Origin: Thermoproteota archaeon
GTDB lineage: Archaea > Asgardarchaeota > Jordiarchaeia > Jordiarchaeales > Freyrarchaeaceae
Reading direction: 5' to 3'
NCBI GenBank assembly: GCA_029258835.1
Contig: JAPDJY010000075.1
Span: 1-36,964, forward strand
DNA length: 36,964 bases
The notes beneath the pieces were generated by a model. It saw only the letters and a program-made list of their open reading frames with translations. It was not told the DNA's origin and did no database searches. Below, in pieces: positions 18,807 to 28,430 of this stretch. The position numbers and the translations under genes are program-made. Position 1 is the stretch's first letter. Each line of letters begins with the position of its first letter.

Positions 18807-21633
18807 CCTCCCGCCTATCCCAGAACTTTCTAGTTCTCATATACTTCTTTTCCTCTTCTAGGATCGCCTCGTAGAATGCTCCTTCAGACTTATATGTCCT
18901 GTTGAGGATGCGGAGGGCTGCCCTCGGGCCCACACCTCTAGCTGCCATGCATATAACAGCCCTTTTGCCGTAGGCTGAAACCACCTTAGCGGATTCCAGT
19001 CCTCTCTTAAAAATCCTCTTATCATCCTTTGAAAGTTTTTTCCCAAGCTTTTTGAGACGTAACGCCTTGCTTAGGGACCCGCCGTCGCTGTAATATGTCA
19101 CCGCGACAAGCCTACCATTACACTTAGGGCATGAGATAACTTCAGGCAGGGTTTCAACCGTCCTAACGGATTCCCACCCTGGACATCCCGGCCACATGCA
19201 AACCAGCTTAACGCGCTCTTTGAGGAGGCGGTTCCTTACAGCTTCGGTGATGGCTGCGGCGGGTGTTTGGGGCTGAATGAGGTCTCTGCTGACGTGTTCC
19301 AACGCATCCTTAGCGAGGGGGGAGGGGGTTATCCTAGTGGTGCAGTAAATGTTGATCTTTCCAGCTTTTATTGCTGAGATGACGTAGCCAGTCCTTTCAA
19401 GATCTAGCTTTTCAGTTAAGACTTCCTTTACGGCTTCACGTTCTAGGATTGAACCATCAAAGATGCGGGCGATCCTTTTAAGGTTGCTTTGTCTGTAATC
19501 GGCGTTTCTCTCTAGGACGCCAAGCCTTCTAGCGACTTGGAGAAGGTGCCAGAGGTAAAGCGACGAGTTCTTTATTGAATACGTGATTAATGGGTGTACG
19601 TCGCTTTCCTTCAAGTCCAAGATGAAGTCAACTAGTTCTTTCACGTCTATGCTAGCATCAGAGCCAAGGAGGATATGGTAAGGTGTGGATTTAACTGATA
19701 CAGCAACACCTTTCCTTAGGGAGAGAGACGTTGCGATCAGCCTTCCTAAGGTTTCATTTACTAGGCTACCGAAGCACGCGTGAATTACCACTAGGGAGTC
19801 TCTCACCTTCTCCACTAGTATTTTCTCGTGGGTTGGAACGACCTCTTCCTTCATGTGAGACTCTATAACGCTTAAAACAATTCTTTTTGCATCGTCGCTG
19901 AGAGGGTACATGTCCAACGGGCAGGCTGAGGCTTCGCCTGAAAGCCACTTTGAAACCTCTGATCTCAGCAAGCCGACTTCCTGAGCTACTTCAAACGGAA
20001 CTGGGATCATCTCACCCACCCAAGAGGGAAGCGCAGCGGTAGTGTTCCTTAACGTTTCAACGTTAATTTTGTCGTCTTCGATGCTTGTAACCCTCCATGG
20101 ACGACCATTCATCACGAATGCGCCTTCACTTTCTAATCGAGGGATAAAAGACTCGTCAAGCTCACCTATCTGTTTCCTGGACGCTACGTCGTAAACTGGT
20201 AGAGATTTCACGTCAGGTATCGTGGAAAGGTTTTCATAGTAGTATTTTCGTGTGATCCTTGTCTTGCTTAAAACGTCATCTTTCACGCGAATTATGTTAA
20301 GCTGGCTTAGGAAAGAGGCAACCTCGCGTAGCAGACTCATCGTCAGGTTCCTGTAAGGCCAGGAGCGTTTAAACACTTCAAGAACTTCTGGCATGCGAGT
20401 CTTTCCGAGATCCAAAACCAACCCTGCGACCTGATGCGCCAGCACGTCGTATGAGTCCTCGTATAGGGTTACTGGCTCAAGTTCGCCTTTAGCAGCCCTT
20501 CTAGCTATGACCGCTGCCTCGCATAGATCATCAACCCCGCAGGCTAAGATTACGCCTTCCGCGTTCCTATCAACGCTATGCCCACTGCGACCGACCCTCT
20601 GCACTAAACGTACAACTTGCCTAGGTGAATGGTACTGTACTACGAAATCGACGGCGCCTACGTCGATACCTAGCTCTAGGGACGACGTAGATATGACGCC
20701 CTTCAACTTTCCCACTTTAAATTCGTGCTCAGTTTCAACTCTTACATCTTTAGATAATGATCCATGATGAACCCTAACGTTCATTTCCGGGTCATAGAGG
20801 ACGGCGCCTAGTCCGAGGGATTCGGCCATTTCCCTCGTGTTAACGAACACAAGCGTGGCTTTACGCCCCTCAATAAGGTTTGCGATCTGCATCACACGGC
20901 TGATTAACCGCTCCACACCATGCTCCAGCTCGTCCTCTTGCATGAAGCTCGCCGGCTTCACGTTAACAGACATGTTCTTGTAGCCTTCAATCGAAATAAT
21001 TGTAACATTTCTTCCAACTCCTCCGAGGAAGTTAGCTATCACCTCGTGGCTTCCAACCGTTGCTGAGAGACCTACCCTTTGAAACTCGCGCCCCGTAAGG
21101 TTTACTAGCCTCTCCAGGGCTAGTGAGAGCTGTGTCCCCCTTTTAGATGAAGCTATTTCATGTATTTCGTCAACCACAACGAACCGGACTCTTCTAAGGT
21201 GCTCCCTCATCTTTGGGGCTGGTAGTATTGCTTGGAGGGTTTCAGGGGTTGTTATGAGAATGTCGGGGGGAAACAACAACTGTTTCCTCCTTTCATATCC
21301 ACTCGTGTCGCCGTGCCGCATAGCCATTCTTATTCCAAGCGAGGATGCGAGGCTTTGCATTCGTCTGAAAAGGTCTCTGTTAAGGGCGCGAAGAGGGGTT
21401 ACGTAAATGGCTTTAATACCTTCTCCTCTAGGATCATCCAAGAGGAGATGGAAAAGCGGAAAGAAGACTGCTTCCGTCTTACCCCATCCGGTGGGAGCTA
21501 TGAGAAGTACGTTGCCTCCCTTGAGTATTACAGGAATTGCTTTTTCTTGAGGAGGAGTCGGATGAAGGTACCCCTCTTTCCTTATTAACTCCCTTATTCT
21601 AGGGTTAAGAAGGCTGAAGGCGTTCTTCATCAC
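18799..21633 (-). CDS. lhr: Lhr-family SF2 helicase with a C-terminal Cys-rich motif
   Basis: APTGWGKTE, PLRALNRD, TTPETL, DEIH, LSAT, HHGSLS, SSLELGID, QRVGRSGH, LPSWVGE, and C-terminal CMWPGC...CPKC. Confidence 0.95.
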   Translation of the reverse strand: MMKNAFSLLNPRIRELIRKEGYLHPTPPQEKAIPVILKGGNVLLIAPTGWGKTEAVFFPLFHLLLDDPRGEGIKAIYVTPLRALNRDLFRRMQSLASSLGIRMAMRHGDTSGYERRKQLLFPPDILITTPETLQAILPAPKMREHLRRVRFVVVDEIHEIASSKRGTQLSLALERLVNLTGREFQRVGLSATVGSHEVIANFLGGVGRNVTIISIEGYKNMSVNVKPASFMQEDELEHGVERLISRVMQIANLIEGRKATLVFVNTREMAESLGLGAVLYDPEMNVRVHHGSLSKDVRVETEHEFKVGKLKGVISTSSLELGIDVGAVDFVVQYHSPRQVVRLVQRVGRSGHSVDRNAEGVILACGVDDLCEAAVIARRAAKGELEPVTLYEDSYDVLAHQVAGLVLDLGKTRMPEVLEVFKRSWPYRNLTMSLLREVASFLSQLNIIRVKDDVLSKTRITRKYYYENLSTIPDVKSLPVYDVASRKQIGELDESFIPRLESEGAFVMNGRPWRVTSIEDDKINVETLRNTTAALPSWVGEMIPVPFEVAQEVGLLRSEVSKWLSGEASACPLDMYPLSDDAKRIVLSVIESHMKEEVVPTHEKILVEKVRDSLVVIHACFGSLVNETLGRLIATSLSLRKGVAVSVKSTPYHILLGSDASIDVKELVDFILDLKESDVHPLITYSIKNSSLYLWHLLQVARRLGVLERNADYRQSNLKRIARIFDGSILEREAVKEVLTEKLDLERTGYVISAIKAGKINIYCTTRITPSPLAKDALEHVSRDLIQPQTPAAAITEAVRNRLLKERVKLVCMWPGCPGWESVRTVETLPEVISCPKCNGRLVAVTYYSDGGSLSKALRLKKLGKKLSKDDKRIFKRGLESAKVVSAYGKRAVICMAARGVGPRAALRILNRTYKSEGAFYEAILEEEKKYMRTRKFWDRREAS

Positions 21634-21636
21634 GGG

Positions 21637-22500
21637 TCAACCCTTTAAAGCTGAGGCTTCCTTTTTTCCCTTTAAGTGGCTTATTTTTCCAAGATACGTG
21701 CCATCAAGCAGTGTTAACGAGAGATCATCGTGATTGATTATCCTGCTTGACAGGAGAGGGCCTAGAAGCTCCGTGTTTAAGTTTACGGGTAACCCCCCGA
21801 GTAGCGGGTTAAAGGCAGGCATCACCATCACGCTAACCGAACCGTTAAAGGACGCTAGGTCCCCTCTCCCCGCTTTTTTCATAGCGTACAGGGCCAGTTT
21901 TCCACGCTCCACCTGAACTTCCATCCAGACAGGCTTCGTCCATCTGATGCCAGTAGAGGTCTTAAATTCTATAACCGGGTGGTTGTGTCCTATTATTATT
22001 TGGTCAGCCTTGAGAAGCTCGGCTCTTGGCCATGCATGTCCGTGTAGCAAGGCTACGTTATCTGATATAAGCACCCCCTTGGAATCGTGCAACACCACGT
22101 TGCCTGGGATAACCCTCTCAAGATTTACGTCATGATTGCCCTTAACTATTTTTACGGTGACCGATGAGGATAACTCTTCTAGCAGAAATTTACATTCTAG
22201 AAGTTCCCTCCTAGACGAGGATAGAACACCATGTTTAACGTCACCGAGAATTATTAAGGATTTAGCCTTAGTCTTCCTCACCAAATCGAGGATTTTCTCG
22301 GCGAGCTTCTTGGTTTGAAGCGGGATCCGTATGCCGGCTTGTTGCAGTGCAAACTCGTATCCCACATGAATGTCTGCGATACATAAAATCTGGTCATGCT
22401 TACCCTTTAAAAGGAGGGCAGGCTCGTTAAGCACCGGCTTTACAATTAAGACCAATTGGATCCACCTTTGAAGTGCAGTGAGTAGATCAACAGGGAACAT
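21637..22500 (-). CDS. Calcineurin-like metallophosphoesterase (Lhr-associated type)
   Basis: ADIHVG, GDVKH, GNHD, HGH, GHNHP, MPAFN. Ends 3 nt before lhr. Start uncertain. Confidence 0.9.
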   Translation of the reverse strand: MFPVDLLTALQRWIQLVLIVKPVLNEPALLLKGKHDQILCIADIHVGYEFALQQAGIRIPLQTKKLAEKILDLVRKTKAKSLIILGDVKHGVLSSSRRELLECKFLLEELSSSVTVKIVKGNHDVNLERVIPGNVVLHDSKGVLISDNVALLHGHAWPRAELLKADQIIIGHNHPVIEFKTSTGIRWTKPVWMEVQVERGKLALYAMKKAGRGDLASFNGSVSVMVMPAFNPLLGGLPVNLNTELLGPLLSSRIINHDDLSLTLLDGTYLGKISHLKGKKEASALKG

Positions 22501-22564
22501 CCAAGCTAATTTATATTTCTCATCAAAAGTAAATAAAGAGAAGGAACTTACAAGAGGGGATTAA

Positions 22565-23011
22565 GTGGTAAGCAGCGGTGGGAGCGTAGAGGAAAAAGGT
22601 AACGTGGACGAGAGAAATGAGATCTTAAAGGTGTTAGGGGATGTTGGGAAGCGAGGGTGTCTCTCAGGGAAGGTCCTAGAGGAGCTCTCCTTGGAGTTTG
22701 GGGAGAGGTTCTGGAGGGCGCTTAGGGCCGTTGCTGAGAGAAGAGTGAAAAAGTATGTTTTCGAGCCTAGTGGAAGGAGGCTATGGGTTGTGGTCGGCAG
22801 AAGGCAGGATTACCTGATAATATCAGATTTTTACTGTAGTTGCGAGGATTTCTACCTGAATGTGGTCGTCCGAAGGAAAACGTTTATGTGTTATCATTTA
22901 CTGGCTAAACGATTGGCTGAAGCCCTTAAAGTATATGAGACGTACATGCTGTCAGACGAGGAGTTTGAGCCGCTAGTAGAAGAGTGGAAAAGCCTTGAAA
23001 GGGAGTGCTGA
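22565..23011 (+). CDS. SWIM zinc-finger protein
   Basis: 'WVVVG...DY.I...YCSCEDF...CYHLLA' matches CxC-xn-CxH. Confidence 0.85.
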   Translation: MVSSGGSVEEKGNVDERNEILKVLGDVGKRGCLSGKVLEELSLEFGERFWRALRAVAERRVKKYVFEPSGRRLWVVVGRRQDYLIISDFYCSCEDFYLNVVVRRKTFMCYHLLAKRLAEALKVYETYMLSDEEFEPLVEEWKSLEREC

Positions 23012-23161
23012 TTAACCGTAGTTAAATCCCGTTTAGGAGGTTCCGTAATGCTGTTTGAGTTTCCTTTCATTCAGGGTTTGACTTTGCTCTTAGGGGCATT
23101 AATCGTTATTTTCATACTTGTTTACGTGGTGATTAGCGTTAGAGGGAAGGAAGAGTGAAAT

Positions 23162-23413
23162 ATGACTTCTAAAGGGAGCGGCGTGGATTGTCTTAAGGAG
23201 AAAATTCGGGAGGCGTTTATGGAGGCGTTTCCGCACCTGTGCGAGCCGTTACAGGTTAAGGAGCTGCTAGAACGTGAGCTTGAAAACGTGTCCACAATGG
23301 ATGAGCTTATAAGTAGGCTGGACAGGAGGGTCTTGGAAGAAAGGAGCCCAACGGAGAAAACAGACATAAAAATCATCTTGATGTTCCTTGAAAGGAAGCT
23401 GAAGGAAACATAG
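23162..23413 (+). CDS. Small helical hypothetical protein
   Basis: 83-aa ORF with a purine-rich upstream region and E/K/L-rich composition like its neighbours; no motif recognised. Confidence 0.6.
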   Translation: MTSKGSGVDCLKEKIREAFMEAFPHLCEPLQVKELLERELENVSTMDELISRLDRRVLEERSPTEKTDIKIILMFLERKLKET

Positions 23414-23512
23414 GTTTAAGTAGGAAATGGGAAGTTTTTGAAAAAACATAAAAAGAAGGCCGTGTTAAAAGATTAAATTGACTGCTCTTATGTTTATGAG
23501 TGGAGGGGTTCT

Positions 23513-24517
23513 TTGAGTCAGAAGCAGACGCGTAAACTGGTGAAGTGGGGTAGCAGCAATACGCTAATCATTAGTTTGCCCCGGGATTGGGTACGTCGTA
23601 ATAGGCTTACTTCAGATGATGAGGTACACGTTATAGAGAACCCTGACGGCACTCTCCTGATAATACCGTTTGAGTCAGGCTCCGAGCAAACATCCACCTC
23701 CACGATCGACATTCAAAAGTATCCTAACCCTGAACATTTAAAGTACGTTATTCAGACGAAATACCTTAGCGGCTTCGACGTAATTAACATATCCTCAAAG
23801 CACCCGTTTACATCTGAAAAATACGCTTACATTTCGGAGGTTGCGCAGCAACTTCTTGGCTTTGAAATAACAAGTAAGACGCCAAACCAAGTCACATTGC
23901 AGGATGTAATGTCGATACAACAAACGAACATTACGCTTCTAATACGTGTCCTGAGCAGAAACGTTCTTGAACTAATGGAGGAGTTTATCGACGCATTCCA
24001 GAGGGGAGATTTAAAGGTTGCTGAGGCAATAATCCAGTCGCGCATTAACATAAATAGATATTATATGAGGATAGTCAGGCAGCTTAGAAAGGGAATACAG
24101 CAGTCACTCCTACTAGTTCAGATGGGGGTAACGGCCCAAGACACCATCGACATGGTCACCTATGTGACAGCGTTAAACGAGATAGCGGGGAACATTGAAG
24201 TAATGAGTAAAGCCATGCAGAGACATAGGTACCCGGAAAATGAGGAATACGTGAAGGAAGTTGTAGAAATTCTACAAAAAGTCTACGAGCTGCTTCAAGA
24301 GGCAACACGGTCATTCCTGTTCAAAAAGGAGCAAGATGCAATAGAGGTCCTAACGAGCATTTCAAAGCTGCTAATGGAAAAAAGGGAAATAGAGAACAAG
24401 CTGGATCAAGCATCCATCTCGGAAACCCTCATGCTTCAGATAATATTGGACGCCAGCGAGAAAATAACAGAAGCTACAAAACCAATAGCACAGGCAGCAC
24501 TAAGACGGGCGCTTTGA
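23513..24517 (+). CDS. phoU: Archaeal PhoU-family regulator with an N-terminal AbrB/SpoVT domain
   Basis: 'RKLVKWGSSNTLIISLPRDWVRRN.L' AbrB-like N-terminus, 'YLSGFD.I', 'LLGFEI', then helical PhoU-type repeats. SD GGAGG. Confidence 0.8.
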   Translation: MSQKQTRKLVKWGSSNTLIISLPRDWVRRNRLTSDDEVHVIENPDGTLLIIPFESGSEQTSTSTIDIQKYPNPEHLKYVIQTKYLSGFDVINISSKHPFTSEKYAYISEVAQQLLGFEITSKTPNQVTLQDVMSIQQTNITLLIRVLSRNVLELMEEFIDAFQRGDLKVAEAIIQSRININRYYMRIVRQLRKGIQQSLLLVQMGVTAQDTIDMVTYVTALNEIAGNIEVMSKAMQRHRYPENEEYVKEVVEILQKVYELLQEATRSFLFKKEQDAIEVLTSISKLLMEKREIENKLDQASISETLMLQIILDASEKITEATKPIAQAALRRAL

Positions 24518-24753
24518 CGGGCATAAGCACATCCCCGATAAAATAAGGCAACAGGAAATTTTAAACTAAGTAGGAGGCTATTTCTCCCGTCCTTAGAGTG
24601 ATTACTATGAAATTATGTTTTAATTCGCCCTCTTAAACTTGCAGCTTAGGTTTCAGCTGATTCGTCACCGATTTGGTTTTAAAGCCAACAAAAAACATAA
24701 ATACAAACTTAAGTCAGTTGTCTTTCGGTCAAGGGAGATCGGAGGCGAGTAGA

Positions 24754-26454
24754 GTGGCACAGGCGTATGTTCTGAAAGGCGGATACGTTTATGATCCACT
24801 AAATAACATTGACGGGGAAAAGATGGACATTGCCATAGCTAATGGAAAAATAGTTGAAAAGCCTCCAAAAGGTGCTAAAACCATAGATGTTTCAGGAAAA
24901 ATCGTGATGCCTGGAGGGGTCTGCATTCATTCTCATATAGCAGGAGGGAAAGTCTGCACGGGCCGTAAGCTCCGTCCGGAGGATCATAGGAAGGATGTTG
25001 AGTCTAAGAAGCCAGGGTTAAGATCTGGAGTAGGACACTCAGTTCCCTCAACGTTCACAACAGGATACAGGTTTGCACGTATGGGATATACTACGGTCTT
25101 CGAGCCAGCTGTCCCTCCTCTTAAGGCTAGACACACCCACGAGGAATTCCAAGACATCCCCATTCTCGATAATGGAGGATTCGCCTTAATGGGGAACAAC
25201 TGGTTCGTGTTAGAGTACATCAAGAATAACGAGATAGATAAGCTGGCTGCATATGTTGCATGGCTTCTCTGGGCAACTAAGTGTTATGCCGTCAAAATAG
25301 TTAATCCTGGTGGAGTAGAGTCATGGGGGTGGGGTAAAAACGTTAACAGTCTTGACGATAGAGTTCCATATTTTGACGTGACTCCTCGGGAGGTTGTGAC
25401 AGCATTAGCTCAAGCTAATGAGAAATTAGGGTTACCGCACACCATTCATGTCCACGGGAACAACCTAGGTCATCCTGGAAACTATGAAATCACCCTTGAA
25501 ACGTTCGATGCTGTTAGGGAGGTAAAACCATTTAAAGAAAGGAAAAGCGTGTTTCACCTCACCCACTTACAGTTTAACGCCTATGCTGGTACAAGCTGGA
25601 AGGACTTTGCGTCTGGAGGGCAACAAGTGGCAGAGTACTTGAACAAGCACGACCATGTAACGGTTGACATAGGGCAGGTAATATTCGGGGACACGACGAC
25701 TATGACCGCTGATGGCCCCTGGGAGTTTAGGCTTTACCATCTTACAGGCAACAAGTGGGTGAACAGCGACGTAGAGCTCGAGACGGGTTCAGGGATAGTC
25801 CCCTACGTGTTCAGGAGGAAGAACCCTGTTAATGCTGTTCAGTGGGCAGTAGGCTTAGAAGTAATGCTTTCCGTGAATGATCCCTTCAGGCTTTGCCTTA
25901 CCACCGACCACCCGAACGGGGGGCCATTCTACTTCTACCCGAAGATCATTTCCTGGCTGGTTAGTCGTAAAGCAAGAGAGGAGATGCTTGAGAAGGTACA
26001 TAAGACTGCTGTGGAGAGAACCACATTGAAAGACTTAGACAGAGAGTACAGCCTTTATGAGATTGCTATTGTGACGAGAGCCACGGAAGCTAAACTTTTG
26101 GGGCTTAAAGATAGAGGACATCTTGGCCCTGGTGCGAAGGCTGACGTAGCTGTTTACGACCTTGACCCGACAAAAGTGGATATTTCAGCGTCGCCTGAGG
26201 TGGTCGAGAAGGCTTTCAGCGCGGCGGCATACACCTTCAAGAATGGAGAAATAGTTGTTAAAGACGGGCAGGTTGTAGCTACACCTGATGGAAGCACCAT
26301 ATGGGTTAAGGTAAGGAACCTTGACGAGTTGAAGGAGCTCATCGAGGAGGACCTGAAGGAGAAGTTTTCGAAGTACTACACAGTGTCACTGAGCAATTAC
26401 CCGGTTGGCATGGAGTACTTGCCAAAGCCCGAAGTAGTGGAAGTTGGAGGTTAG
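24754..26454 (+). CDS. fwdA: Formylmethanofuran dehydrogenase subunit A (amidohydrolase)
   Basis: 'GGYVYDPLN.IDGE', HSHIAG, RPEDH, KIVNPGG, HTIHVHGNNLG.PGN, TMTADGP, TTDHPNGGPF. Likely GTG start at 24754 after GGAGG. Confidence 0.97.
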   Translation: MAQAYVLKGGYVYDPLNNIDGEKMDIAIANGKIVEKPPKGAKTIDVSGKIVMPGGVCIHSHIAGGKVCTGRKLRPEDHRKDVESKKPGLRSGVGHSVPSTFTTGYRFARMGYTTVFEPAVPPLKARHTHEEFQDIPILDNGGFALMGNNWFVLEYIKNNEIDKLAAYVAWLLWATKCYAVKIVNPGGVESWGWGKNVNSLDDRVPYFDVTPREVVTALAQANEKLGLPHTIHVHGNNLGHPGNYEITLETFDAVREVKPFKERKSVFHLTHLQFNAYAGTSWKDFASGGQQVAEYLNKHDHVTVDIGQVIFGDTTTMTADGPWEFRLYHLTGNKWVNSDVELETGSGIVPYVFRRKNPVNAVQWAVGLEVMLSVNDPFRLCLTTDHPNGGPFYFYPKIISWLVSRKAREEMLEKVHKTAVERTTLKDLDREYSLYEIAIVTRATEAKLLGLKDRGHLGPGAKADVAVYDLDPTKVDISASPEVVEKAFSAAAYTFKNGEIVVKDGQVVATPDGSTIWVKVRNLDELKELIEEDLKEKFSKYYTVSLSNYPVGMEYLPKPEVVEVGG

Positions 26455-26474
26455 TGGAGGAGAGGTGAAATTTA

Positions 26475-27311
26475 ATGAAGGTGGAGCTTACCCCTATTGA
26501 GAAGCCTAAGGTTCCGGTTGAAGCTGAAGTGATATCCCCTGACGTTTTCTCGGGGAGAAGCGTTGAGGAGATCGGTGAGTTGGAAGTTTGGCGGGGGAAC
26601 AGGAAGAAGAAGCTTAAGGATTTATTTAGGATTTCAGGTGATGCTGCGGGATCCTCCGAGGAGACAACAATAATTATAAACGGAGACGTGAGTTACGCTA
26701 AGCGCATAGGCCAGAACATGTCGTCTGGGGAGATAGTAATTAAGGGAAGCACCGGGATGCATGTCGGTGCGGACATGAAGGGAGGACGGATCGTGGTTGA
26801 GGGAGACGCCGACCACTGGGCGGGAGCCGAGATGAAGGCGGGAGTACTTCACATTAAGGGTAATGCGGGGAATTACCTTGGTGGCGGCTACAGGGGCGGA
26901 ACGGGGATGAGCGCCCTTAAGAAGGGAGTTTATGGAACCATAATCGTTGAGGGGAACGCGGGGAGCGAGGTCGGAGCATGGATGTCAAACGGAAAAATAA
27001 TAGTTAAGGGGAATGTGGGAGCGTTCGCAGGGGTGCACATGTCAGGTGGAATAATAGTGATTCACGGCGACGCCGGGGAGAGACTTGGAGGCGAAATGAC
27101 GGGGGGAACCATAGTCGTTATGGGGCGTGTACAGGAGCTTCTGCCGAGCTTCGAATATAGAGGGGAGGTATCCGAGGTCGAGGTTGACGGCGAGAAAATT
27201 TCGGGACCGTTCCTCTCCTTCTCCGGAGACCTTGCAGAGGACGGGAAAGGTATGATTTACATATTAAAGGAGAAAAACCCCCATTTAACGACTCCGATAT
27301 CTGGCTGTTAA
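26475..27311 (+). CDS. fwdC: Formylmethanofuran dehydrogenase subunit C
   Basis: 'EAEVISPD', GXGXG beta-helix repeats (G..M.GG.I.V.G), 'FSGDLAEDGKG'. Confidence 0.95.
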   Translation: MKVELTPIEKPKVPVEAEVISPDVFSGRSVEEIGELEVWRGNRKKKLKDLFRISGDAAGSSEETTIIINGDVSYAKRIGQNMSSGEIVIKGSTGMHVGADMKGGRIVVEGDADHWAGAEMKAGVLHIKGNAGNYLGGGYRGGTGMSALKKGVYGTIIVEGNAGSEVGAWMSNGKIIVKGNVGAFAGVHMSGGIIVIHGDAGERLGGEMTGGTIVVMGRVQELLPSFEYRGEVSEVEVDGEKISGPFLSFSGDLAEDGKGMIYILKEKNPHLTTPISGC

Positions 27312-27335
27312 GAGCTGGGTTGGTGGTTTAGAAAA

Positions 27336-28295
27336 ATGGTTAGTGTGAATTTGCTGGCACAGGAAATAGTTGAGGACATGATGGACTATGCTGAGGAATT
27401 GCAGATTAACGTCATAACGTTAGATAGCGGTGCGACAATAGTTGATGCGGGAGTAAAAGTGGACGGGTCTATCCTAGCAGGAGAATACGTAACTGAGATA
27501 TGCCTTGGCGGACTGGGATCAGCTACTGTTACCTCTTTCCAGTATGGGGATTTAATCCTTCCCGCGATAAGCGTATCTACGAATCATCCTGCCATTTCAA
27601 CGCTGGGATCACAGTTTGCAGGGTGGAGGATCACCAGTAAGGATGGAAAGTTTATCGGTATGGGTTCAGGCCCAGCTAGAGCCTTAGCGCTTAAACCGAA
27701 GAAGCTGTATGGGAAAATAGATTATAAGGATGACGCTGACGTAGCGGTCTTATTCCTCGAAGCAGATAATGTTCCTGGAGACGAGACGGTAGAGGTTGTG
27801 GCTGAAGCTTGCCGCGTTGAGCCATCAAACGTCTACATGGTTGTGGCGCCTACCAGCAGCATTGTGGGATCTGTTCAGATCTCTGGGCGAGTAGTTGAAA
27901 CGGGAATTCATAAGATCTCTGAAGTTGGACTTGACCCAAAAAAGATTAAGTATGCGAGCGGTGTAGCACCAATAGCTCCGATCCACCCAGACTCAATGGT
28001 TGCTATGGGTCGAACAAATGACATGATAATCGCTGCGGGACACGTAAACCTTTTCGTTGAAGTGGAGAATGAGGAGGAACTGAAAAAGTACGTGGAGAAG
28101 ACGCCTTCAAACACCTCTGAAAGTTACGGCAAACCATTCTATGAAATATTTAAAGAAGCAGGGTTTGACTTCTATAAAATAGACCCAGGACTCTTTGCTC
28201 CGGCGAGTATAATGGTAAACAACATAACAACAGGTAACTCATTTTATGCTGGGCAAATAAACGTAGAGCTGGTTAAGAGATCTATAAGCCTTTAG
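27336..28295 (+). CDS. mch: Methenyltetrahydromethanopterin cyclohydrolase
   Basis: ICLGGLG, GSQFAGW, MGSGPARAL, GSVQISGRVVETGIHK, MGRTND, DFYKIDPGLFAPA. Confidence 0.97.
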   Translation: MVSVNLLAQEIVEDMMDYAEELQINVITLDSGATIVDAGVKVDGSILAGEYVTEICLGGLGSATVTSFQYGDLILPAISVSTNHPAISTLGSQFAGWRITSKDGKFIGMGSGPARALALKPKKLYGKIDYKDDADVAVLFLEADNVPGDETVEVVAEACRVEPSNVYMVVAPTSSIVGSVQISGRVVETGIHKISEVGLDPKKIKYASGVAPIAPIHPDSMVAMGRTNDMIIAAGHVNLFVEVENEEELKKYVEKTPSNTSESYGKPFYEIFKEAGFDFYKIDPGLFAPASIMVNNITTGNSFYAGQINVELVKRSISL

Positions 28296-28430
28296 GGAGA
28301 CAGGCAGCCCCCGTCGTATTCTCCCATCCACCCTTAATTTTCTTGAAAATGCTTTTTTAGAGAAAACCTTTTTCTTGAAGCCACTCCTTTTTTACTATTA
28401 AATGGAAGATGAAGAATTTGAGGGGTATGT

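Noticed and set aside
26908-26932. Hairpin (TGAGC-G-CCCTT-AAG-AAGGG-A-GTTTA) coinciding with an in-frame insertion in fwdC, considered as an intron
   Set aside because: It has no 4-bp helix with 3-nt bulges, and the reading frame is intact.
28295-28326. GGGAGA...TCTCCC hairpin after mch, considered as a SECIS
   Set aside because: There is no in-frame UGA in fwdA, fwdC or mch and no SECIS core. More likely a 3'-end or terminator hairpin before T-rich tracts.
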